64,000 nucleotides of DNA from an uncultured delta proteobacterium. GTDB taxonomy: Bacteria > Myxococcota_A > Polyangia > Polyangiales > Polyangiaceae. The stretch covers positions 288,001-352,000 of the forward strand of contig CAWKKR010000004.1 of NCBI GenBank assembly GCA_963850305.1, read 5' to 3'. This document shows, in pieces, positions 52,439-61,144 of the stretch; within the stretch, counting starts at the first letter, position 1, and each line of letters begins with the position of its first letter. Both the position numbers and the translations under genes were made by a program. The notes beneath the pieces were generated by a model, which saw nothing but the letters and a program-made list of their open reading frames with translations, did no database searches and was not told the DNA's origin.

Positions 52439-54044
52439 CGGCGCTCCCGGTCGGTACGTCCGTGGGAATCGTCATGTCGCCCATGACGAGCGGTGGCGCG
52501 TGGAGGAGCGTCACGTCCAGCGTGCGAGCCTGACCGCCCCTCGCGCGGTAGAGCGCCTCATCCATCGTCGGCGCGGTCTCGTAACCGAGCAGCTTCGGAA
52601 TGTACTCGTTGTCCGCCCCGACGACGATCACCCGGCCGAGATGCTGGCGGCCTGCCTCGCCCCAGTACCACATGAAAAAGGGGTGCGAAGGGTGGTAGGC
52701 GTGCCCCGTCCTGTACATCTGCAGGAAGGCCGGGTTCTCGGCAAACTTGGCCTCGTAGCGCCTGTGCAGCTCGAGCGCGTCGCGCGTCTCCGGGAGCAGC
52801 CGATGCACGAAGTCCACGTACGGCGCGTGTTGCTCGTGGTCGAATTTGTCGGTGCAGGGATGCGTGATGATGAGCGTCCCGCCTTTTTTCACGAGCGGCG
52901 CGCCCCGGTACAGATTGAAGAGGTACCCCTGCGCCAGCACCTGCACGAGGAGCGGATTCAGGAACGCGTGCACGTTGTACGGCGAGATGTACGGGATGCC
53001 CGTCACCAGCACGTCGGCTTGCCCCGTGATGGGCACGAGATACTGCTCGAACACGCGGTCGATCGTCTTCTCGTGAACCGCCTCGGTCTCGCCAGCGTTC
53101 ACGCCGGTGACGCCGAACGGCGACGGCACGCGCGAGAAGATCGCCTGGCGCGCCGGCTGCGGGAGCCGCGCCGTCGTCGCGACGAGTGCTTTCAGGAGCC
53201 CCCACTCGCGATTGTCCAGATCGTCTTCGTTCTTGGCGAGAAACTCGAGCGGACGATCGAACATGCGATTGTTGATCGTGGTCTCGATGGTGAAAACATT
53301 GAGCGCGGCGTTCGCAACTCGTCCCATGCGCTGGATGCTGGTCGCCAGCGCCGACTTCTTCGGGTCCATGTAGCTGTGGCACTCGCGCATCGTCTTCGGG
53401 TTGTGATGCGCGCGCAGGCTCTTGTACCCGCAGAGCCCGACCGCGACGGATTTGTGTCCGCCGTTCATCGGCACGAAATTCAGGTTCACGTAAATGACGA
53501 GGTCGCTCTCGACGGCACGGCGGTTGAGCTCCACCACTTCCCCGAGTTCGGTCGTCCCGATCTCCACCATGTTCGCCGCGTCCTCGGCGTCGTGGTTGTA
53601 GAGCCGGTCCGGGTAGTACTCGCCGAAGATCCGATCGCCCACCATGTGGCGGATCTCGTACGCCTTCATGCGCCGGTGCACGCTCGTCGCGATGATCATC
53701 TCGACGTCTTCGACCCCGTGGTTCGCGAGTAATTCGAGCACCACGTTTAGGACGCGCTCGCGAATGTCCGGTCGTTTCATCGGCGGAAGCGGCAGCGCGA
53801 TGTTGTCGAGCGCGATCGTCACCTTCATTCCCGGACGGAGGCGCGAGTAGAGCGGATCGGAGCCGAGCGGGTGATTGATCGCGTAACGGATCGCCGCGTC
53901 GACATTCTTGAGCGGCGCGAGCGGCGCTTTCGGATAGATGCAGCGCGTGCCGGCGGGAAGATCGACCTCCACGAGGCGGTCGCCTGCGAAGATGACCCGC
54001 GGCCGGCTATTTCGTTCGAGCGTGACGACGCACGGGTGGTTCAT
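52431..54044 (-). CDS. elbC: Lactate-racemase (LarA/DUF2088)-domain protein, ElbC-like
   Basis: IATSVHR, NHDA, GGHKS, AHH; lies between the HAD and elbD-like genes as in the Myxococcus elb operon. Confidence 0.72.
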   Translation of the reverse strand: MNHPCVVTLERNSRPRVIFAGDRLVEVDLPAGTRCIYPKAPLAPLKNVDAAIRYAINHPLGSDPLYSRLRPGMKVTIALDNIALPLPPMKRPDIRERVLNVVLELLANHGVEDVEMIIATSVHRRMKAYEIRHMVGDRIFGEYYPDRLYNHDAEDAANMVEIGTTELGEVVELNRRAVESDLVIYVNLNFVPMNGGHKSVAVGLCGYKSLRAHHNPKTMRECHSYMDPKKSALATSIQRMGRVANAALNVFTIETTINNRMFDRPLEFLAKNEDDLDNREWGLLKALVATTARLPQPARQAIFSRVPSPFGVTGVNAGETEAVHEKTIDRVFEQYLVPITGQADVLVTGIPYISPYNVHAFLNPLLVQVLAQGYLFNLYRGAPLVKKGGTLIITHPCTDKFDHEQHAPYVDFVHRLLPETRDALELHRRYEAKFAENPAFLQMYRTGHAYHPSHPFFMWYWGEAGRQHLGRVIVVGADNEYIPKLLGYETAPTMDEALYRARGGQARTLDVTLLHAPPLVMGDMTIPTDVPTGSAGD

Positions 54045-54047
54045 GAT

Positions 54048-54713
54048 TCAGGAAGCCTTCAGCTCGAACGTGGGCCAGGCGTACGCCTTGGCGAGGATTT
54101 TCAATCTCTTGTCGGGGTTCACGGCGGCGGGATGACCGACGACGCTCAGCATCGGAAGATCCGAATAGCTGTCACTGAACGCAAAACACTCATCCAGGTC
54201 ATGCCCGTTCGCCCGGGCGTGCTCGCGGATGATGCGCGCCTTCTCCGGTCCCGCGATGACCGGCTTCAAGAGCTTTCCGGTGGCGACGCCGTGCTTCATT
54301 TCGAGACGGTTTCCGATCAGTGTAGCGCCGCCGATATGGTCGCCCACGTGACGCAAGATGGGCTCGAGCGTGCCGGAAACGAGAACGATCTCGTGTCCCG
54401 CTGCGCGACTCTTCTCCACCAGATCGAGCGCCGACGCGTACATCGACGGGCGGATGACCTTGTCGAACACCTCGTCCGCGAGGAGGACGAGGCGGTCTTC
54501 GCTCATCCCTTCGTAGGACGCGAAGAGGAGCTCGTTGAAGGTCCTGCGATCGACGAGCTCCGCGGCGACCATCGACGGAGCGCGCACGAGCGCCCGGCCG
54601 AGCTTCCGCAACGTCTGCACGGGAGTCGCCTGGTTCAGCATGTAAAAGACCGTCGGGTGCACGAGATTCGTGGACACGAGAGTCCCGTCGACATCGAAAT
54701 AGCTAGCCGCCAC
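54048..54713 (-). CDS. elbB: HAD-IB family hydrolase, ElbB-like
   Basis: FDVDGTL, VSG, K, FSDSYSDLPML..VGHP.AVNPD. Confidence 0.78.
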   Translation of the reverse strand: MAASYFDVDGTLVSTNLVHPTVFYMLNQATPVQTLRKLGRALVRAPSMVAAELVDRRTFNELLFASYEGMSEDRLVLLADEVFDKVIRPSMYASALDLVEKSRAAGHEIVLVSGTLEPILRHVGDHIGGATLIGNRLEMKHGVATGKLLKPVIAGPEKARIIREHARANGHDLDECFAFSDSYSDLPMLSVVGHPAAVNPDKRLKILAKAYAWPTFELKAS

Positions 54714-54804
54714 GCGCCTTTGGGTCCCCTACGGTGGGAGATGATTGAGGTGCCGGGAGTGTCACACGAAAGGCTGAAATCCGGGGAACCTCAAGAAAAT
54801 CCGT

Positions 54805-55773
54805 TCACATCTCCAGCAGATACGCCGCAACGAGCGGGAACACGATGGTCGCGTCCGACTCGATGACATAGCTCGGACTCGTCACGTCCAGCTTCCCCCA
54901 GGTGATCTTCTCGTTCGGGATGGCGCCGCTGTAGGAGCCGTAGGACGTGGTGGAATCGGAGATCTGGCAGAAGTAGCCCCACTTCCGGATGGGGGTCTCG
55001 AGGTCCTGCTCGATGAGAGGCACGACGCAGATGGGGAAGTCCCCGGAGATGCCGCCGCCGATCTGGAAAAAGCCGATCGACGACTTGGCCGCGTTCTCCT
55101 GATACCAGCCGATGAGCGACGCCATCTGCTCGAGGCCGCTCTTCATCACGCCGAAGCTGCCCACCTTCTTCTTGATGACGTTCGACACGAACATGTTGCC
55201 GAGCGTCGAGTCTTCCCAGCCCGGCACCCAGAGCGGCAGGTTCTTCTCCGCGGCGGCGAGGAGCCAGGAGTCCTTTGGATCGATCTGGTACTCGGGCTCG
55301 AGGGCCTTGCTCCGGATGAGACGATAGAAGAACTCGGGGGGCGTCAGCCGCTCGCCGGCCTTGTCCGCCGCAGCCCAGAGGTCGATGAACTTGCGCTCGA
55401 TCTTGCGCATCGCCTCTTCTTCGGGGATGCACGTGTCCGTCACTCGATTCAGATGGCGCTCGAGGAGCGCCTGCTCGTCCGTGGGCGACAGGTCACGGTA
55501 GCGCGGGAGGCGGACGTAGTGATCGTGCGCGACGAGATTGAAGATGTCCTCTTCCAGATTCGCGCCGGTCACGGTCATCGCGTGAATGAACCCTTTGCGG
55601 ATGAGCTCCGAAAGGACGATGCCGAGCTCGGCCGTGCTCATCGCACCGCCCATCGTGAGCATCATCTTGCCCCCGCCCTCGAGATGCTTCTTCCAGCCCT
55701 CCGCGGCGTCGACGACGACGGCCGCATTGAAGTGCCGGAAGTGCTTCTGGATGAACTTCTTGACCGTGCTCAT
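54805..55773 (-). CDS. Deoxyhypusine synthase-like protein (possible homospermidine synthase)
   Basis: GGAMST, TGANLEED, DSTLG, IGGGI, GSYSGA.PNEKITWGK, SDATI. Confidence 0.88.
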   Translation of the reverse strand: MSTVKKFIQKHFRHFNAAVVVDAAEGWKKHLEGGGKMMLTMGGAMSTAELGIVLSELIRKGFIHAMTVTGANLEEDIFNLVAHDHYVRLPRYRDLSPTDEQALLERHLNRVTDTCIPEEEAMRKIERKFIDLWAAADKAGERLTPPEFFYRLIRSKALEPEYQIDPKDSWLLAAAEKNLPLWVPGWEDSTLGNMFVSNVIKKKVGSFGVMKSGLEQMASLIGWYQENAAKSSIGFFQIGGGISGDFPICVVPLIEQDLETPIRKWGYFCQISDSTTSYGSYSGAIPNEKITWGKLDVTSPSYVIESDATIVFPLVAAYLLEM

Positions 55774-55813
55774 ATGCCCTGACGCTCTCGAAGAGTAGTG
55801 TTACGGGAGCCCA

Positions 55814-56743
55814 ATGGCACGGCTCCGCGCCTGGGTCCAGGCATCTCGGCCCCACGCCCAGGCATTGGTCGCGGTTCCGTTGATTTACGGCCAGGCCCTC
55901 GCGTACCGAAGAACGGGCGAGTTCAGCTGGAAGCTGTGTGTCCTCGTACACTTGTTCGGTTTCTTCGACCTGCTCTTGGTCGTCTTCACGAACGATCTCG
56001 CGGACACCGCAAGCGATGCGCGGAACACGACGTTCAATCGCTGGTCGGGCGGGTCGCGGGTCGTGCCGGAGGGGAAGCTCACGATGCTCGATCTGGCGCG
56101 CGCCGCGACGCTCGCCTTCATCGGAATGAGCGCGGTCGCAGCTGACCTGGTCTTTCGCGAACGCCGGGCGTGGATGGTCGTCATGGCGGCCATGGGCGCG
56201 CACATGCTCTGGATCTACTGCTTCCCGCCGTTTCGACTCTCGTACCGCGGCGGGGGCGGGTTCGTCCAGGGCGCGTGGCTCGGCCTGCTCTTACCCGTGT
56301 GCGCCTATTACGCCCAGGCCGGTACCCTCGTCGGACTCTCGCCCGCCACGTTCCTGCCCGCGTTCGTTCTCGGTTACGCGAGCCACGTGACGCTGGCTCT
56401 GGCGGACGCGCCATCCGACGCAGCGACGGACAAGCGCTCTCTCGCCGTGAGGCGAGGTGAACCCGCTGCCCGGCGCGTGGCGCTGATGGCCATCGCCCTT
56501 TCGGCACTGGCAACTCCGCTTGCCGCTCCCGGCGTACCGGTGCTGGGATGGGTCCTCGTGACCGCCGTCGCGGCCGTCACCCTCCGGCCGAACGTATCGC
56601 TGCTCGCCACGGCGGATTCCACGGACCGCGTCCGTTGCGCCCGGTTCGTCACGACGAATCTCCGTGCGATCGCCGCGCTCGTCATCGGGTGGAGCGTCGT
56701 GCTCGTCGCATCGAAAGTCGGTGCACCTCGGATCCTCTGGTGA
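55814..56743 (+). CDS. UbiA/MenA-family prenyltransferase
   Basis: ASRPHA, NDLAD..SD, SGGSRV, Y..PPFRLSYRG.G, D.PSD...KRSLAVRRG; multiple TM helices. Confidence 0.8.
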   Translation: MARLRAWVQASRPHAQALVAVPLIYGQALAYRRTGEFSWKLCVLVHLFGFFDLLLVVFTNDLADTASDARNTTFNRWSGGSRVVPEGKLTMLDLARAATLAFIGMSAVAADLVFRERRAWMVVMAAMGAHMLWIYCFPPFRLSYRGGGGFVQGAWLGLLLPVCAYYAQAGTLVGLSPATFLPAFVLGYASHVTLALADAPSDAATDKRSLAVRRGEPAARRVALMAIALSALATPLAAPGVPVLGWVLVTAVAAVTLRPNVSLLATADSTDRVRCARFVTTNLRAIAALVIGWSVVLVASKVGAPRILW

Positions 56744-56839
56744 CGGGTCGCGCGGTCCATTGCGATGCCGACCCCAAGGAGAGGAGCAAGGAGCGGAGGC
56801 CTCCGGAACCACCGGGTTCCCGATACCCGAGCCCGCCCG

Positions 56840-57050
56840 TGACATCTTCAGTTTACACCCCTGATTGGAGGTCGGGCCGGGCGAGGTGGCGGGAGCGGCA
56901 TCGGGACAGGGAGAAGAGGGGATCGGACGGGGGAGCGGGTAGGGAGCGCAAATTCGCGAGGAGGTTGGGTTTGGGTCGCCCCGCCGGCGGCAAGCCCGCC
57001 CTGGATCCCGGTGGCCGCCCGCCGACCAAGACTGACATCTTCAGTTGACA
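56840..57050. promoter_or_regulatory. Pair of boxes TGACATCTTCAGTT(T/G)ACA at 56840 and 57033
   Basis: 17/18-identical direct repeats 193 bp apart upstream of an outer-membrane protein gene. Confidence 0.5.
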
Positions 57051-57092
57051 GAATAGTAGACGTCGTGGTCTCTCTTTACGTTGGAGGTTTCG

Positions 57093-57725
57093 GTGAAAAT
57101 CATCAACGTGGGCGGGGCTCTGGTTGCTTGCGGGATCATGATGATGGGGCGCAATGCGTCGGCGGCGCCGCAGACCCACGACGGTCTGCAGTTTCGCGGG
57201 GCAGCGGGGTTCGGGTATCTCTCCGATTCGGAATCGGCGTCCGGAGAGTCGGCGTCGGTCCACGGACCCGCAGGCGCCTTCGAGGTGTTCGTGGGCGGGA
57301 CCCCGGTGCCGGGCCTGGCCATCGGCGGCTTCATCAGCGCCGTGGCGGCGACCAGCCCCACGGTTTCGCTCACGCTTGATGGTCAAGAGTACTCCGCTTC
57401 GAACAGCAACTCGACCCTCAACTTCGTCACCATTGGGCCTTACGTGGATTACTACCCTGATCCCACCTCGGGCCTCCACGTGCTCGGCGCACTCGGATTT
57501 GCGGAGCTTGACGTCAGCGATGGCGACGGCAACACGTCGACCAATTCGGCAACGGGTTTCAGCCTCGGCGCGGGCGTCGGCTACGACTGGTGGGTTTCGG
57601 ACGAATGGAGCCTGGGAGTCCTCGCGCGGCTCACCTACGGATCCATGAAGCTGACGATCGACGGCGTGAGCTTCTCGGAGCACGCGGTCGCGCCGACGGT
57701 GGCATTCTCCTTCGCGTACAACTGA
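57093..57725 (+). CDS. Outer-membrane beta-barrel protein
   Basis: GGAGG RBS + GTG; signal peptide; alternating beta strands; aromatic C-terminus (FSFAYN). Confidence 0.8.
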   Translation: MKIINVGGALVACGIMMMGRNASAAPQTHDGLQFRGAAGFGYLSDSESASGESASVHGPAGAFEVFVGGTPVPGLAIGGFISAVAATSPTVSLTLDGQEYSASNSNSTLNFVTIGPYVDYYPDPTSGLHVLGALGFAELDVSDGDGNTSTNSATGFSLGAGVGYDWWVSDEWSLGVLARLTYGSMKLTIDGVSFSEHAVAPTVAFSFAYN

Positions 57726-57791
57726 CCACGGCAGACCGCGGATCTCGCGTAGCGACAGTCGGGCCCACGCCGAGCAAGGGCCTGCTCGAGC

Positions 57792-58655
57792 TCAAGCCAG
57801 CCGGTCGAGGGCGCGCTCGACGGCGCCGACGTACGAGCCGCCGAACAGGTTCACGTGAACCATCAGCGGATAGAGCTGGTAGAGCGTGACGCGTTCCTCG
57901 TGCCCCGGCGCGAGGGGATACGCTTCCTCGTAAGCGTCGAACGTGCGCTCGCCGAAGCCGCCGAAGAGTCGCATCATGGCGAGATCGACTTCACGGTGAC
58001 CACCGTAGACCGCAGGGTCGACGAGACAGGGTTCACCGCGATCGTCGATGTGGAGATTGCCGCCCCACAGGTCGCCGTGCAGCCGTGCGGGGGGCTCCGG
58101 GAGTCCAACGCGTTCGTCCAGGGCCGCGAAGAGTCGATCGAACCCCGCACGCATACGGGGAGATGCAGCGCCGGAGTCCACCGCTCGACGGAGCTCCGCC
58201 GAGAGGCGCCTCTCGCGATAGAAATCGCTCCAGCGCGGGAGCGGCCCGTTCGCTTGTGGCAACCGTCCAATGAAGTTGTCGGATGTGAAGCCGAACGCAG
58301 GTGCCCCGTGACGATGCAGCGCGGCCAGGCCGCGTCCGAGCCGCTCATCGAAGTCCGTAACGCGGGGACCAGGGTGGAGATATTCGAGCACGAGATACGC
58401 CACGGGGCCTGCGCCTGACGATGCGATCACCTCGGGGACGCGCAGGGCGTGTGCCTCGGCGAGCCAGGCGAGACCGCGGGCTTCCTCGGCGAACATCGCG
58501 GGCGGCGCGTGCCCGTTCGCCTTGACGAACACGACGCGCCCCGTGGCAAGCTCGACGCGGAAAGCATCGTTGATATCACCGCCGGAAAGGGGCGTCGCTC
58601 GTGTCACGCCTGCCCCGAGCGCGGCTTCGAGCTCGCGCCGGAGCGCGGCGTTCAT
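57792..58655 (-). CDS. Fructosamine kinase family protein
   Basis: GGDIN, FVK, LHGDLWGGN, DPAVYGGHREVDLAM, LYQLYPLMVH.NLFG. Confidence 0.92.
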   Translation of the reverse strand: MNAALRRELEAALGAGVTRATPLSGGDINDAFRVELATGRVVFVKANGHAPPAMFAEEARGLAWLAEAHALRVPEVIASSGAGPVAYLVLEYLHPGPRVTDFDERLGRGLAALHRHGAPAFGFTSDNFIGRLPQANGPLPRWSDFYRERRLSAELRRAVDSGAASPRMRAGFDRLFAALDERVGLPEPPARLHGDLWGGNLHIDDRGEPCLVDPAVYGGHREVDLAMMRLFGGFGERTFDAYEEAYPLAPGHEERVTLYQLYPLMVHVNLFGGSYVGAVERALDRLA

Positions 58656-59128
58656 CGGAGCCCGTGAGCGTCGCGGATGTGCATGAGCAACCGATTGCAC
58701 CCCGCGACGCAGATGTCGATCACATCGTCGAAGCCGTCCGTGTAGTACGGGTCCGGAACGCTCGCGCCGGGAGGCGATGCAGGGTCGAACGAGCGGAACA
58801 GGTGGATCTTCTTCCGTGCCGCCTCGCTCGGCGAGAGTGCGACGAGATTGTCGAAGTTCGCTCGGTCCATCGCGAGCACGTAGTCGAACTCCTCGAAGTC
58901 TCCCTTCGAGAACTGTCGTGCGCGCCCTTCGAGCCAAAAGCCGCGACGGGCGCCCGCCGCCACGGAGCGCGAGTCGCGAGGATGCCCGGCGTGCCAGTCC
59001 CCGGTGCCAGCGCTCTCGATCTCGATGTGCGCCGACAGACCGCTCTCCTCGACCAGGGCACGCATGACGGCCTCTGCCGTGGGCGAACGGCAGATATTCC
59101 CGAGACAGACGAAGCAAATCCGCACCAT
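58652..59128 (-). CDS. Low-molecular-weight protein-tyrosine phosphatase
   Basis: CLGNICRSP, SAGT, VPDPYY. Confidence 0.93.
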   Translation of the reverse strand: MVRICFVCLGNICRSPTAEAVMRALVEESGLSAHIEIESAGTGDWHAGHPRDSRSVAAGARRGFWLEGRARQFSKGDFEEFDYVLAMDRANFDNLVALSPSEAARKKIHLFRSFDPASPPGASVPDPYYTDGFDDVIDICVAGCNRLLMHIRDAHGLR

Positions 59129-59147
59129 CAAAAACTCTGCCTCTCGC

Positions 59148-60161
59148 TCAGGCTCCTCTGGCCCGAGCCCGGAACTCGGTCGGCGCGATGCCCGTCCAGC
59201 GGCGGAAAGCGCGGTGAAACGCGGTCACGTTGGAGAAGCCCAGCAGCAGTGCGATCTCGCTCACGGCCGGCGTCGTTTCGCGGAGGTGTCGCTCGGCGAG
59301 CTTGCGGCGCAGATCATCCACGATGTCGGCAAAGCTCGTCCCTTCCACCTCGAGTCGGCGCCGGAGCGTCGCGACGCTCATGCCGAGCTTGCGCGCGGTC
59401 GACACCATGTTCACATCGCCCGTTGCGAGCCGCGACGCGATCGTGTCGCGCACGCGGCCGGTGATGCCGTCCCCTTCGCGCAGTCTGTCGAGGAGTTGCT
59501 GTGCGTGGAGCTCGAACGCGGCGCCAATGCGGGGATTCGCGCGAAGCATGGGGGCGGATAGGCGGGAGCGCTGCACGATGAGCGCGTTGCACGGCGCGCC
59601 GAAACGAACCTGAGCCTGGAAGATCCGCTCGTACTCCGCGGCGTAAGAGGGGCGGGCGTGCATCACGCGCACCTCGATCGGCGGCTCGTACACGGTGTTC
59701 CGCTTGGAGAACGCGACGGCGGCGGCGAGCATGAAGTCGTTGAGCGCGGGGGGCGATGGCTCGTCGTCGGCGAGCCGAAAGCAGAGCGCGGCGTTCGGGC
59801 CGTCGTCGGCGAGCGAGATCTCCGCGGCGTCGTTGAGCAGACGGAAGTAGCGCGCCATGACGGCGATCGCTTCGCGCAGGTTCGCGGCGCTCCGCGCCAC
59901 GTACTCGAGGACGTCGAAGTCGCCGGGCTCGATCTGCTCGCCCGCATGGAGCCCGAGCGCCTGGTCGCCCGTAATCTTCACGCTGTTCTCGAGCATGCGC
60001 ATCGCGAGCCGATACGGGAATCGCGTGTCCGGGTTCGCAAAAGCGGACGCGGGAACACCCATGCGCGCGAGCATGCCGATGGTCTCCGCCGAGGTCGCCG
60101 TGATCCGCGCAAACGGCCACACCAGACGAATGGAGATTTCCTTTTCTCGCTCTCGAGACAT
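59148..60161 (-). CDS. AraC-family transcriptional regulator
   Basis: ARKLGMSVATLRRRL...EIALLLGFS...AFHRAFRRWTG..P.EFR. Confidence 0.92.
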   Translation of the reverse strand: MSREREKEISIRLVWPFARITATSAETIGMLARMGVPASAFANPDTRFPYRLAMRMLENSVKITGDQALGLHAGEQIEPGDFDVLEYVARSAANLREAIAVMARYFRLLNDAAEISLADDGPNAALCFRLADDEPSPPALNDFMLAAAVAFSKRNTVYEPPIEVRVMHARPSYAAEYERIFQAQVRFGAPCNALIVQRSRLSAPMLRANPRIGAAFELHAQQLLDRLREGDGITGRVRDTIASRLATGDVNMVSTARKLGMSVATLRRRLEVEGTSFADIVDDLRRKLAERHLRETTPAVSEIALLLGFSNVTAFHRAFRRWTGIAPTEFRARARGA

Positions 60162-60289
60162 GACCAAACCGGCAATCCGTTCCGCCCCGCAATGTAACAC
60201 TGCGATATCCAGCGTTCTAAGACGCCAGAGGTGGTCGAACCGATTGCTGCACGGACGGCATTTTTTGACAGTAGTATCAGTCGCGAATC

Positions 60290-61078
60290 ATGACTTTGGC
60301 GCGAGACGGGGTTCGTTCGGGAGGTCGCTGGGCGTGGGCCATGTGCGCGATCGTCATCGCGTGCAGCGGCAAGGAGTTCGCCGCGGGCGATCGGAGCGAT
60401 GCCGCTGCTGGAGGCGGATCGAGCGACGCCGCCTCGGGCGGTCTGGGCAATGCGGGGGCGAGCAGCGGCGGAGCGATGGACGCCTCGAGCGACGACGCCG
60501 GGGCCGGCTCCACATCGGCCGCGGGCGGTGCCCTGGGGTCGGGCGGCGCCGCCAGCCGGCTCAGTGACGGGACCCAGATCGCATCCGCGTATGATCAGGC
60601 GTGCACCTTCGACGGCGACTGCAGCGTGGTCACCGAGGGGCCCATCTGCGACTGCGGCGCCTGCCCTAACGCGGCCATCGACACGACCGCCGAGAGTCTC
60701 TGGGCGGCGGATCGAGCGAGCGTGCACTGCCCGGCGTGCGGCCCGTCGGCGCCGTGCCCGCAGAAGCTCGCCGCGTGCGCGAACGGCGCCTGCATCGCAC
60801 GCGTTCCGCTCATCATCGTTGCCAAGGATTACGCCGCGACCTGTCGCGCGGACTCGGACTGCAAGGTGATCCCGACGGGCGAGGTCTGCAGCGCGTGTGC
60901 GTGCAGCGCCGCCGCAGTCAATCTGACGTCGTACGCGACCTACGAGAGCGCCGTCGCAGGTGTCCAATGCAATCCCGGCCCATCTCGGTGCAACTGCGCG
61001 GCACCAGTGAACGCGCATTGCGCGTTCGCGACGGACGCGGGCGCGGCCACGCTGGGCGCGTGCGTTCTCGGCCCATGA
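60290..61078 (+). CDS. Cys-rich lipoprotein with two internal repeats
   Basis: IVIAC lipobox, Gly-rich linker, duplicated Y...C..D.DC..V..G..C..C.C...A motif. Confidence 0.75.
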   Translation: MTLARDGVRSGGRWAWAMCAIVIACSGKEFAAGDRSDAAAGGGSSDAASGGLGNAGASSGGAMDASSDDAGAGSTSAAGGALGSGGAASRLSDGTQIASAYDQACTFDGDCSVVTEGPICDCGACPNAAIDTTAESLWAADRASVHCPACGPSAPCPQKLAACANGACIARVPLIIVAKDYAATCRADSDCKVIPTGEVCSACACSAAAVNLTSYATYESAVAGVQCNPGPSRCNCAAPVNAHCAFATDAGAATLGACVLGP

Positions 61079-61144
61079 GCTCGGTACCGGGCATGGCCTC
61101 AGGCGAGGGCGACAAGGAAGCCGGAAGTCGGGAGACTTTTGCCG

